Assembly: GCA_964401055.1 (NCBI GenBank)
Contig: CAYNWW010000002.1
Coordinates: 39,935-103,934 of the forward strand
Length of the DNA: 64,000 nt
From: an uncultured Candidatus Saccharibacteria bacterium
GTDB lineage: Bacteria; Patescibacteriota; JAUYIX01; CAYNWW01
Reading direction: 5' to 3'
Numbering within the stretch: position 1 is the stretch's first letter; each line of letters opens with the position of its first letter. Shown piece after piece: positions 17,909 through 27,084 of the stretch. The position numbers and the translations under genes were made by a program. The notes under the pieces were generated by a model. It had not been told where the DNA came from, ran no database searches, and saw only the letters and a program-made list of their open reading frames with translations.

Positions 17909-18003
17909 AGCACACCTCCTTGCAAAACGCTCTGTTGATTCAGTTCACTACACACCTGCGAATTTGTAACGAACGATCCGTTCACACAATCGCCAAAAGT
18001 AAA

Positions 18004-19158
18004 TTAGAGTATCCGGAATGACTGGAGTATCTTGTCAAACTGGCCATCGAGAAATTGTTCCGGACTCTGGAAAGATTTTGCCTGAAGTACTACATACTTA
18101 CCTGCCGCCTGCTGCACAATCGCCGCCGCCCGCGTCCCAAACCCATCACTTATCGCAGTTGCATAAGGGCGAATCACCAACCCATCCTTACCATCAATCT
18201 TCTGTTTTGAAATCGGCAGCTGGGCAATATCCGCAAATTCAGCTCCGGGCGCAGTATATGTCTGTAAAATTTGATCAATTGTTTTGTCAGACTTCACAAT
18301 CGAAACCGTCAAAAAGCTAGTGTCTTCGGCATGACCATTTTGCACAAACGTGCCATCCGGGTCCGCTGCACGAAATACCGCAGAACCCAATTCAGTCGTA
18401 CGAGTCCATTCTTGCGGCACGCTCACCTGAAAACCGGATTTGTCATCGCGATACACCTGAACCGCATGATCATCAACAAAGAAATGTGCAAACAAATCAA
18501 GCCACTGGCTTTCCGTCTGAGCAAAGTCGCCGATCAATACGTCATGAGGACTAAGTGAATTACGACGAGCTTCGTCATACTGATCAAGCTCTTGGACCGC
18601 GAGCATATTCCATTTTTTTGCTTGGTCAACATGAGGCAATGCGTATGAAATGGCAAATTTCTTTGTGCCGTCAAATTCGCGTACTTCTGTAAACTCAACA
18701 AAACGTCGCGTCGAAGTTATACCTCGTTGAACCCGAAGCGCGTCAAATCCTTGAGCACGCAACTTATCCGCAATCACGTCTTCAGGTTGCGCCAAGTCAA
18801 GATCGGCTCCAAACGACTGCTTCGGCTTGCTTGCGTCAGTCCGAGCGCTTTCATCGGTAAAAATGAATATGTGCGCACCGGGATGTTCAGAAAAGCTCAG
18901 GTCAAAAGTGCCAGAAGAAGAGTGAGTTTCGGCGATCCCGCCCCACGCACTCGCATATTCAAACGACAAGCCAATAACATCATTCTTATATAATGTGGTC
19001 CCAATCGTTTTTGCAGGAGCGACCGTGCTCGTGGATACAGAAGGTCGCAACGATTCTAGATTGCAGCTGGCGCCAACCAGCGTCAGAACAGATGCAAGCG
19101 CGGCGAAAGAAATTGCAGAGCGGGCTTTGAGTGGCATGTGATCAAACTTATTTTTCAA
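18004..19158 (-). CDS. Putative lipoprotein with PsbP-like domains
   Basis: Lipobox LVGASC; repeated Y...G(L/F)...P..W motif and terminal FDKILQSFRI typical of PsbP-like CPR surface proteins. Confidence 0.65.
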   Translation of the reverse strand: MKNKFDHMPLKARSAISFAALASVLTLVGASCNLESLRPSVSTSTVAPAKTIGTTLYKNDVIGLSFEYASAWGGIAETHSSSGTFDLSFSEHPGAHIFIFTDESARTDASKPKQSFGADLDLAQPEDVIADKLRAQGFDALRVQRGITSTRRFVEFTEVREFDGTKKFAISYALPHVDQAKKWNMLAVQELDQYDEARRNSLSPHDVLIGDFAQTESQWLDLFAHFFVDDHAVQVYRDDKSGFQVSVPQEWTRTTELGSAVFRAADPDGTFVQNGHAEDTSFLTVSIVKSDKTIDQILQTYTAPGAEFADIAQLPISKQKIDGKDGLVIRPYATAISDGFGTRAAAIVQQAAGKYVVLQAKSFQSPEQFLDGQFDKILQSFRIL

Positions 19159-19243
19159 TACTTCAACGATATCACACGAAGTTAAAATTTTGTTAAAAAA
19201 ATGTTAAAAAAATCATTAAATTTTCACCGTCCTGTGCACAAAC

Positions 19244-19272
19244 AAAAAACCGCCCTAAAAAGCGGATTTTTT
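19244..19272 (-). terminator. Terminator after tRNA-Trp
   Basis: ccgc...gcgg hairpin flanked by A/T runs. Confidence 0.5.
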
Positions 19273-19273
19273 C

Positions 19274-19349
19274 TGGCAGGCGCGATAGGACTTGAACCTA
19301 CAACCTACGGTTTTGGAGACCGGTGCTCTACCAATTGAGCTACGCGCCT
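19274..19349 (-). tRNA. tRNA-Trp(CCA)
   Basis: aggcgcgtagctcaattggtagagcaccggtctCCAaaaccg...ggttcaagtcc...gcctgcca cloverleaf with encoded CCA end. Confidence 0.96.
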
Positions 19350-19360
19350 AGACCTCAAGC

Positions 19361-19723
19361 TTATCTTTTCACATTGACTCCACTGGGCAGACGGTACGTC
19401 AGTCCCAATTCAGTCATCAGCTCAGGATGTCGGGTAATAATATACACATATCTATCAGCCGTCTCGCCCGTTTTTTCGTCAAACAAAGGACTTCCACCGG
19501 CATAGACTGTCTCTTTTGGATCACCAAATTGATTCAGTCCCTGCTCTGCCAACCAGGCATCTATTCTTCTTTTATCTTCAGCATTCACCCGCGGCGCATT
19601 CAAGACAGTCTCCTGCGTAGTCGAGTCGGTCGCAAACCAAGAACACTGCGCGCCGGTCAGCACCAGCAACGCGATCGCCACAACCAAGCCAAATTGTCTG
19701 TTCATTTTTTGTTGAGGACTCAT
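19361..19723 (-). CDS. Hypothetical lipoprotein
   Basis: Lipobox-like LTGAQC; conserved-looking NQFGDP..T.YAGGSPLFDE.TG...DRY.YI..RHP segment. Confidence 0.7.
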   Translation of the reverse strand: MSPQQKMNRQFGLVVAIALLVLTGAQCSWFATDSTTQETVLNAPRVNAEDKRRIDAWLAEQGLNQFGDPKETVYAGGSPLFDEKTGETADRYVYIITRHPELMTELGLTYRLPSGVNVKR

Positions 19724-19740
19724 GCGAAACTACTCAAAAA

Positions 19741-19896
19741 CTATTTTGTCTCTTTGTGGAGGGTGCGCTTTTTGCAGGTATTACAAAACTTTTGCAATTG
19801 CAGACGCTCTTTGCTGAGCTTCTTGTTTTTGCGCGAGTGATAATTAATCTCGTTGCATTCGGTGCATTCAAGTTTAATCAGGTTGTCCTGGGACAT
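19741..19896 (-). CDS. rpmG: 50S ribosomal protein L33 (zinc-binding type)
   Basis: Not in ORF track; manual translation [51 protein letters not shown]. Confidence 0.96.
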   Translation of the reverse strand: MSQDNLIKLECTECNEINYHSRKNKKLSKERLQLQKFCNTCKKRTLHKETK

Positions 19897-19928
19897 GGGC
19901 GGATATTAAATAAAAAATACGTTCTCTC

Positions 19929-20003
19929 TGGAGCTGAAGGCGAGAATCGGACTCGCGACCCCTTGCTTACCATGCAAGTGCTCTACCACTGAGCTACTCC
20001 AGC
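19929..20003 (-). tRNA. tRNA-Thr(GGT)
   Basis: gctggagtagctcagtggtagagcacttgcatGGTaagcaag...cagctcca. Confidence 0.93.
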
Positions 20004-20042
20004 GCACTATATCGCAACTTACCCGTTAAATCAAGGCTTGCC

Positions 20043-20128
20043 TGGTGGGGAGAGAGGGAATCGAACCCCCGAAGCCGTGAGGCGTCAGATTTACAGTCTG
20101 ATGCAATTGACCGCTCTGCCATCTCCCC
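20043..20128 (-). tRNA. tRNA-Tyr(GTA)
   Basis: ggggagatggcagagcggtcaattgcatcagactGTAaatctga, long variable arm, ggttcgattcc, CCA end. Confidence 0.96.
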
Positions 20129-20179
20129 AGACCTACTACTTATAACAAAAACTAACGCGAACAGCAACTAAAGAGCCTC

Positions 20180-20254
20180 TGGAGCCGGGAACAGGAATCG
20201 AACCTGCGACCAATAGTTTACAAAACTACTGCTCTACCGCTGAGCTATCCCGGC
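20180..20254 (-). tRNA. tRNA-Thr(TGT)
   Basis: gccgggatagctcagcggtagagcagtagtttTGTaaactat...ggttcgattcc...ggctcca. Confidence 0.96.
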
Positions 20255-20346
20255 AAAATCAACGCTTTTCCAGGTCTGTCAAAACTTCCTGTTCCGGAGC
20301 AAAGAAATTTTGACAGACGCAGAAAAGCACCAAGAGAAATCCACAC

Positions 20347-21567
20347 CTACATCGTTGTTACGTCAATCTTGCGCTCGCTTTTTGAAGAATTCGCAGACAC
20401 ACTCTCATCTAAAGTCCCCGCCTCAGAAACGAGATTTTTTGCCCCAACAATGCGGGCTTTTTCTTGCTTCGCATGAGCAGCTTTCAACTTATCATCAATT
20501 TTGCGGGCCTGCTCCTCCTGACCAAGCTTCTTATACGACTTGACCAACTCAGTCATGACGCGCTGCTCTTGCGCTGAGCCTTTGGGCGCCAGCTGAGATG
20601 CTTGCAAAAAACTCGCAAGAGCTTGCTCTTCGTCATTAAGCTCGCGATGCAGCAACCCCATGTCATACCATTTTTCCGGATCTTTCTGATCATAGGAAAG
20701 CGCCTGAGTAAATGGGTTCAGCGCGCGACGGTAGACTTTTTGATTATACATGATCTTGCCAACATAGTAATAGGCATCAGCACAGCCCGATTCCCACAAA
20801 ATCGCCTGATCAAGTGCCGACTTGGCATCTTTGAGATTGCCTTGATCAAAATACAGTTTGCCCAAACCGAGATATGCGCGAGCATTTTTTGGATCACGGG
20901 CAATGAGCTCGATATAGACTTCTTCGGCCACTTGAAAATCCTTTTCCTCACGCAGACGAGAGCCGAGCTCGATTAACTCAGCAGCGGATTTTGATTTCAC
21001 ATTAATCACCTCGCGCTTCTGCTCTTTTTCTTTTTTCGCAGCACCAATGCCCGAAAACAACGCTAAGCGAGATTTTTGAATCTCTTTTTCCTTCTCGCGT
21101 GAAGATGGTTGCACAACGCCGCTCGACGCATCTGCAGCAGGCACGGGAGGAATATCGTCAACTTCGAGAGCACGAAACGAAGTCATGCGCTGAACAGCCG
21201 GAGACACGCGCGGCTGGCTCGAAGATTTCTTTTTTTGCGCCGAGCCCGCAAGCGAACTAAGCCCTTTGACTGCGCGAGCCGGCAATTGAGAAATAAACCG
21301 AACGGTGCCTTGAACCACAGGAGCAACTCGAGTGGAAGCCTTTTTTGCCAACGGCGCCAAAGGACGCGCAAGCACAGCCAAGCGACTGCCAAGCCGAGCC
21401 ACAGCCGGACGACTATCCTTCGAAGCCAAAGGCGCTATTCCCTGTTTTTTCTGTTGCTCCTGCGTGTCAGCATAGCTTGATGCATCTGGCAACTTGCGAA
21501 AAAGCAGCACCAAAATGCTGACAAAGCTTACAACGATAGCAACAATGGGAATAATATTGAACAACAT
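20347..21567 (-). CDS. Membrane-anchored TPR protein
   Basis: N-terminal TM, basic linker, TPRs (AYLGLGKLYFDQG, AYYYVGKIMY, WYDMGLLH). Confidence 0.85.
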   Translation of the reverse strand: MLFNIIPIVAIVVSFVSILVLLFRKLPDASSYADTQEQQKKQGIAPLASKDSRPAVARLGSRLAVLARPLAPLAKKASTRVAPVVQGTVRFISQLPARAVKGLSSLAGSAQKKKSSSQPRVSPAVQRMTSFRALEVDDIPPVPAADASSGVVQPSSREKEKEIQKSRLALFSGIGAAKKEKEQKREVINVKSKSAAELIELGSRLREEKDFQVAEEVYIELIARDPKNARAYLGLGKLYFDQGNLKDAKSALDQAILWESGCADAYYYVGKIMYNQKVYRRALNPFTQALSYDQKDPEKWYDMGLLHRELNDEEQALASFLQASQLAPKGSAQEQRVMTELVKSYKKLGQEEQARKIDDKLKAAHAKQEKARIVGAKNLVSEAGTLDESVSANSSKSERKIDVTTM

Positions 21568-21612
21568 AAAAATTTCATCTAAATCAGATCCGGCACCTGT
21601 ATTTCCTGCGAA

Positions 21613-22359
21613 TTACTCCACTCCTACTCGCGTCCCGCACGCCTCGCCCGTCACCACTCGTAACAGATTACCGGCAACATGGATGTTAAAAACGATCATC
21701 GGCAGCTTGTTTTCTCGACAGAGCGTAAAAGCAGTCGCATCCATCACTGCAAGCTTTTGATCAAGCGCCTCATCCATCGTGAGTGTATCATACTTGCGCG
21801 CATCAGGAAATTTGCGCGGATCGCGATCGTACACACCGTCCACTTGGGTTCCTTTGAGCACTACATCACAATGAGTTTCAAGCGCGCGCAACACGGCCGC
21901 AGTGTCCGTAGTAAAAAACGGATTCCCTGTACCGCCGGCACAAATCACAATCGTGCCCAGATCAAGCAACTGACGCGCAAGATCGGCGGAATATGGCTTG
22001 GCAATGTTACCAAGCGGCACACTGGTCAACACTTCCGCCGCCACGCTCATCGAGCGCAATATATCGCGCAGCGCCATCGCATTGATCGCGGTGGCAAGCA
22101 TACCCATCTGATGAGCTGTGGTGTCTTCGAGCGTGTTGGTGTTGGCGTCCTTACCGCGAAAAATGTTGCCGCCACCAACAACACAGGCAAGTTGCACCCC
22201 GCGCTCGTGGACAGTTTTGATTTGGGATGCGACTTCAGCAAGCTGAGACTGACTGATTCCGGTTCCACCGCGACTTTCTTCACCGAAAAATTCACCGCTT
22301 ATTTTGAGCAACGCGCGTTTTATTTTTTGCATCTGCATCGCGATTATTTTGCGCGACAC
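21613..22359 (-). CDS. pyrH: Uridylate kinase
   Basis: LLKISGE, VGGGNIFRG, GMLATAINA, GTGNPFFTTDTAA, VDGVYDRDP. Confidence 0.97.
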   Translation of the reverse strand: MSRKIIAMQMQKIKRALLKISGEFFGEESRGGTGISQSQLAEVASQIKTVHERGVQLACVVGGGNIFRGKDANTNTLEDTTAHQMGMLATAINAMALRDILRSMSVAAEVLTSVPLGNIAKPYSADLARQLLDLGTIVICAGGTGNPFFTTDTAAVLRALETHCDVVLKGTQVDGVYDRDPRKFPDARKYDTLTMDEALDQKLAVMDATAFTLCRENKLPMIVFNIHVAGNLLRVVTGEACGTRVGVE

Positions 22360-22961
22360 GTGGTGACAGAGCCACCAATCTCAAACCGAGAAAATCCACG
22401 CACTTCGATCTTTTCGCCAAGCTTGCCCACAGTTTCTTCAATCAACGCTTTGACCGTCTTTTTGTCATCGCGCACAAACAACTGGTTGAGCAGACAAATT
22501 TCATCAGTAAATTTTTTCACTTTGCCGATGAGAATCTTCTCCATAATCTCAGCCGGTTTGTTCTCTTTTGCCAATTGGCCACGGAAAATTTCTTTCTCTT
22601 TTTCCAATTCTTCTGCCGGCACTTGTTCAGGAGAAATATATCGAGGGGATGAAGCTGCGATGTGCAGTGCGATTTCGCGTGCAAGCGCTTGAAACTCTTG
22701 ATTGCGCGCCACAAAATCCGTCTCGCACGCAAGATCCACCAACACGCCAATCTTCTGATTGGAATGGATATAGGACGCGATCACGCCTTCGCCTGCCTGG
22801 CGATCAGCCTTTTTCAATGCAGTTGCAGCGCCTTTTTTGCGAATCACTTCAATCGCCTTGTCAAAATTGCCGTCAGTTTCTACGAGCGCTTTTTTTGCAT
22901 CCATAAAACCAGCACCAGTCATGTCACGGAGTTTTTTGACGTCCTGAGGAGTAATAGTCAT
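22344..22961 (-). CDS. tsf: Elongation factor Ts (short form)
   Basis: VKKLRDMTGAGFMDAKKAL, CETDFVARN. Confidence 0.97.
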   Translation of the reverse strand: MTITPQDVKKLRDMTGAGFMDAKKALVETDGNFDKAIEVIRKKGAATALKKADRQAGEGVIASYIHSNQKIGVLVDLACETDFVARNQEFQALAREIALHIAASSPRYISPEQVPAEELEKEKEIFRGQLAKENKPAEIMEKILIGKVKKFTDEICLLNQLFVRDDKKTVKALIEETVGKLGEKIEVRGFSRFEIGGSVTTCRAK

Positions 22962-22980
22962 AAATTTCCTTTCGTTTGAA

Positions 22981-23751
22981 TTATTTTTTTGCTGCTGCCG
23001 GAGCCGCGTCGCGGCCCAATTTTACCTGAGCAAGCGCTTGTTGCTGCACTTCCTGTGGAGCAACTTTGATTTGCGACTTACCTTCGTTGATCGCGTCAGC
23101 AATCGCGCCGGCCACGAGTTCGATGCCTTTGATCGCGTCGTCATTGCCTGGGATCGCGTAATCCACGCGGCGCGGATCGGTATTGGTGTCCGTGATTGCG
23201 ATTACCGGAATTTTGCTCTTTTTTGATTCAGCGATCGAAATACCTTCCATATTAATGTCTACCACAAAAATCGCATCAGGAAGCTTATTCAATGTGCGCA
23301 AGCCGCCAAAGTTTTTTTGGAGGTTTTCAATCTCACGAGCAAATTTGAGCTGTTCTTTCTTGGTGTATTTTTCCAATTGGCCGCTCGCCTTTTTCGCTTC
23401 GAGATCCTGCATGCGGCGCGACTGAGCAATAATCACAGAAAAGTTGGTAAATGTACCGCCGAGCCAACGACCGTTGACATATGGCATACCACAGGCATTT
23501 GCAGCTTGTTCAAGGGCTTTTTTCGCCTGGCGCTTGGTGCCGACAAACAAAATCATCCCGCCGCGAGCCGCCACCGTACGAGCAAATTCTTGCGCGCGAT
23601 CCAGCATGGCCTGCGTTTTTTCGAGATTTACCAGATGAACGCCATTGCGCTCACCAAAAATATATTCACGCATTGCCGGGTGCCATTTTGCCGTCTTGTG
23701 GCCAAAATGCAGACCCGCGTGCATCATATCCGCGACACTGACTTGCTTCAT
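22981..23751 (-). CDS. rpsB: 30S ribosomal protein S2
   Basis: AGLHFGH, FVGTKRQA, RWLGGTFTNF, DTNTDP, IPGNDDAI. Confidence 0.98.
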   Translation of the reverse strand: MKQVSVADMMHAGLHFGHKTAKWHPAMREYIFGERNGVHLVNLEKTQAMLDRAQEFARTVAARGGMILFVGTKRQAKKALEQAANACGMPYVNGRWLGGTFTNFSVIIAQSRRMQDLEAKKASGQLEKYTKKEQLKFAREIENLQKNFGGLRTLNKLPDAIFVVDINMEGISIAESKKSKIPVIAITDTNTDPRRVDYAIPGNDDAIKGIELVAGAIADAINEGKSQIKVAPQEVQQQALAQVKLGRDAAPAAAKK

Positions 23752-23885
23752 ATGTTTTCCTTATGCTTCTGACAACCGCCTCTCAAAAAGAGACTTCTCT
23801 CGCGCAGCTCGGAGGCTTCGCAAGAGTCACCGTAAAACCGTTGATCGTAAAATCAGCGGCAGGAAACGGCTGAGTTGCCATGTAT
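23752..23885 (-). promoter_or_regulatory. Structured rpsB leader (probable S2 autoregulatory element)
   Basis: About 130 nt leader with complementary segments (caactcagcc/ggcggttg, agcctc/gaggc); position expected for an S2 leader. Confidence 0.4.
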
Positions 23886-24092
23886 TAGATAATTACTGGC
23901 AAAATCATAGCTGAAAAGAAAAAAATGCGCAAGGGTTAAAGCACGCCCTTCTTCACGCCCAAAAATCAAACCGCCTGCCTCTTTTTGCTCCCCTTGCTAA
24001 TGGCTGTTTATTGTGCTAATACTTCTCTCAGCCTAAGTCTATCTAGGCTTTTTAAATCGCACGTTTACAATCAATAGAAATGGAGGAATACC

Positions 24093-25814
24093 ATGAGCCC
24101 CTATGCTTCGAATTTCTCTCCTAGCAGCTATATTACCGACCATGTTCTTAAAGCTGGGCGTATAACTGCACCAGATGAATCGCCACCTCAAATGATTGAA
24201 AGGGTTGTGCGAGCACTCTATCATGCTGAATCAACGTTTTCCGGAAGTGCTCATGCAAAGAAATTCTCTGAGTCAATCGGAGCCCTAATGGACGATCGGA
24301 AAGTTGTCTTCAGCACTCCAATTATGACAAATGCAGGGAGAACGGAATTCAATCGTCCTCTTTCGGCCTGTACTGTACCACCCATATCTTTACGAGGTGA
24401 CTTTAAAAAAGTTCGAAAAATCGTGAACAGCTATCATCAAGAGGCAATGGGTACAGGCTTCAACTTCGATGAAGTTGAAGATCCAGTATCGACCCTTCTC
24501 TTCCTAAATGACTTAGCCGTACAAGGATCTTCATCTGGCAAAGAAGATCGCCCTGTTGGCAATATGGGTATCTGTAGCATTGACCATCCACGAATCGTCG
24601 AGTTTATTACCTGCAAACAAACTCGACGCGACTTACTTTGGAAATTCAACATTTCCATTAATACTCCTGAAGCTTTCTGGCATGCTGTGCAAAATGACTC
24701 GCTCTGGAGGTTAGCTAATGGATATGAGCTGTATGCGAATGAGCTGCTCAGTTTAATAGTGCAGTCAGCACATGCTTGCGCTGATCCGGGCCTTGTCTTC
24801 ATGGACAGAGTCAACCGAGACAATCCGGTCCCTGCAAGTGGCAATTATCATAGTATTGCTCCATGCGGTGAAGTTGGATTGATCCCTGGTGAAACTTGTC
24901 AGTTCGGGTACATAAATCTAGCCGCCTTCTGCTCAAAAACGAAGATGGATTTAGATGGTATAAAAAGTGCAACAGAGACAATGATTCGAGCGCTTGACAA
25001 CTGTCTCGAACTTAGTACAAAGGCATTTTCAATTGAAACAAGCGCCTTCGTTTCCAAGCAAAGGCGGAAAGTTGGTATAGGCATATGTGGACTTGCAGAT
25101 GCTTTAATCAGCATGGGAATCCCATATGCATCAGACCAAGCGCGTCACTATGCGAGAGACGTGGTTGCATTCATAAATTATCACTCAAAAATTGCCTCTC
25201 ATGAACTTGCGCATGAGCGTGGTTCATTTGGGGCGATGAATGCCTTGTTTGGATGCAAATACACTGAGCATTTGGATTTCTTGAGCACAAAATATGGCCA
25301 CATTGAAACAAGGTGGGTTTCAGGAACGCAGTGGAAAAAGCTGGGGGCTTGTATTAAATCTTCCAGAATGCTCAGAAACAGCTCCACAATAGCACTTCCT
25401 CCAACCGGCAGGAGTGCATTGGTAATTAATGCATCGACTGGAGTAGAGCCGGTTTTCTCGCTCATTGGTGTCGATGGAGCAGTCGAGCAAGTTGTTAGGC
25501 AAGCACTTGGAGCGCATTTGAATCATGAGCGCGAGCAGGAAATTCTCGCTGGCAATGGTCTTGGCCCTTGGTGCAATCCAGAAGTGCGAATGTTACTCCA
25601 AACAAGCAGAGAGATTGGTGCAGATGATCATCTCAAGATGGTTGCATCTTTGCAGCAAATTGTCGATGAGTCGATCTCGAAAACTATTAATCTCCCAAAC
25701 AATGCTACGATTGCCGAAGTGAGGGATATATACATGCAGGCATATACCCTCAATCTCAAAGGCATTACGATGTACCGAGATGGTGCTTCCCGGTTTCAGC
25801 CTCGTAAATTATAG
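24093..25814 (+). CDS. Atypical class II (NrdJ-like) ribonucleotide reductase
   Basis: FSTPIMTNAG, LSAC, GTGFNF, FNISI, DPGLVFMDRVN, APCGE, ETCQFGYINL, RKVGIGICGLAD, PPTG, GVEP, SISKTINLP, KGITMYRDG; GGAGG RBS. Confidence 0.88.
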   Translation: MSPYASNFSPSSYITDHVLKAGRITAPDESPPQMIERVVRALYHAESTFSGSAHAKKFSESIGALMDDRKVVFSTPIMTNAGRTEFNRPLSACTVPPISLRGDFKKVRKIVNSYHQEAMGTGFNFDEVEDPVSTLLFLNDLAVQGSSSGKEDRPVGNMGICSIDHPRIVEFITCKQTRRDLLWKFNISINTPEAFWHAVQNDSLWRLANGYELYANELLSLIVQSAHACADPGLVFMDRVNRDNPVPASGNYHSIAPCGEVGLIPGETCQFGYINLAAFCSKTKMDLDGIKSATETMIRALDNCLELSTKAFSIETSAFVSKQRRKVGIGICGLADALISMGIPYASDQARHYARDVVAFINYHSKIASHELAHERGSFGAMNALFGCKYTEHLDFLSTKYGHIETRWVSGTQWKKLGACIKSSRMLRNSSTIALPPTGRSALVINASTGVEPVFSLIGVDGAVEQVVRQALGAHLNHEREQEILAGNGLGPWCNPEVRMLLQTSREIGADDHLKMVASLQQIVDESISKTINLPNNATIAEVRDIYMQAYTLNLKGITMYRDGASRFQPRKL

Positions 25815-25849
25815 CGCACCCTCGCCTAGAAATCTTAGGTGAGGATTTT

Positions 25850-26461
25850 TTATACCTGTATATTTTGTTTGAAAGCGCGCTCTTTCATTATTATATTTGT
25901 TATGCTCTTCGGAACAATACTTTTCTCATCAAGACTGCATTGCCTCAAAAATTCTTTGATTTTTTCTTTAGCCTGATTCTCATCTCCTTTTGCGCACATA
26001 ATTTCAACTTCTACTGCCCCACCAAAATCTACAATGTCCTCGACGCACACGTCCATTTCCCCCAGGCGGTATGAGTATCGAGTTTTTTCAAGTTCAAAAA
26101 AAGGCTTGAAGCCAATTATTTTCATCATTTTTGCTACTTCAGTAAAATTTTCTACCTCAACCTCATGCTCCTCCCATGCATTATGATCGCCCTGAGTGGT
26201 GATTGTTTTTGTATTAAGCGTCACGATATCTTTTTCTTCGTTCTTTCTTGTTGTGCGCAAGCGAAGGCTATATGAGCCGACTGCATCCATCTCAACATCT
26301 TCAACTTTTGTTGCGGAGCTGTCGCAAAAATAGATGTCATGAATAAACGTCGAAACGGTAAAAATAGCGCCATGACTCTTTAAAATACCCTTAAATGAAT
26401 CGGCATCACTAAGACGAGCGCGAATTTCAACTTCGATATTTTTTACCTTGTCATTATTCAT
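25850..26461 (-). CDS. CYTH-domain protein (class IV adenylate cyclase / triphosphate tunnel fold)
   Basis: IEVEIR (ExExK/R), DIYF, LRLR, EEHEVEV, LEKTRYSY, VEVE. Confidence 0.88.
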   Translation of the reverse strand: MNNDKVKNIEVEIRARLSDADSFKGILKSHGAIFTVSTFIHDIYFCDSSATKVEDVEMDAVGSYSLRLRTTRKNEEKDIVTLNTKTITTQGDHNAWEEHEVEVENFTEVAKMMKIIGFKPFFELEKTRYSYRLGEMDVCVEDIVDFGGAVEVEIMCAKGDENQAKEKIKEFLRQCSLDEKSIVPKSITNIIMKERAFKQNIQV

Positions 26462-26529
26462 AAATTCATTATATTAATTTTATCTTCAAAAATAAAGAGC
26501 GATTTTGTTGTGGATCGCTCTTTGTGCAA

Positions 26530-27084
26530 CTAGCAATTAATTGCAGTCACGGCAATATCAGCGCAATCATTTGGCGAAAAACGTTGCGTATCAATTACAA
26601 TAAACGGAGTACTTAATTCTAACGCATTTTTGTAGAATAATGCGCCGATCTCTCTCTGCTTGTCCAGGACACGCCGATCCCCAATCGACATGCCCCTATT
26701 TAGCATTCTCTCAATCTGAACTTCATGATTCAGTGCCAGAATTATTGTTAGCATTGGCTGTACAATTGATGCAAAATCGCTCTTGGATACAGACACACCC
26801 ATTATCTGATGGTATGTGTATGTAGTAAGCCAGTATCGATCGGATACTATTTTGCATCCAGCTTTAAGCATAGCGTCAATTTCGTCAGAAGCCTCATAAA
26901 TTCCATCTCTATAGAACTCATAGTGCTTCTCATTTGATGCGTTCTTATCTACTCCTTCTCGCAATTGCGAAAATTTCTTGGGCGGGGTTGCATATGGCTT
27001 CGCACCCAAGCGTTCTGCCAGAATTCCACACAACGTTGTTTTTCCAGAGCCATCAGCACCTTCAAGAGCTACAAACATCGCCAT
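26530..27084 (-). CDS. Thymidylate-kinase-like nucleoside monophosphate kinase
   Basis: FVALEGADGSGKTT P-loop, VSDRYWLTTYTY; AAGGAGG RBS. Confidence 0.85.
   Translation of the reverse strand: MAMFVALEGADGSGKTTLCGILAERLGAKPYATPPKKFSQLREGVDKNASNEKHYEFYRDGIYEASDEIDAMLKAGCKIVSDRYWLTTYTYHQIMGVSVSKSDFASIVQPMLTIILALNHEVQIERMLNRGMSIGDRRVLDKQREIGALFYKNALELSTPFIVIDTQRFSPNDCADIAVTAINC

Noticed and set aside
19756-19992. 78 aa plus-strand ORF
   Set aside because: Antisense shadow of rpmG and tRNA-Thr
21679-22692. 337 aa plus-strand ORF
   Set aside because: Antisense to pyrH/tsf, no motifs
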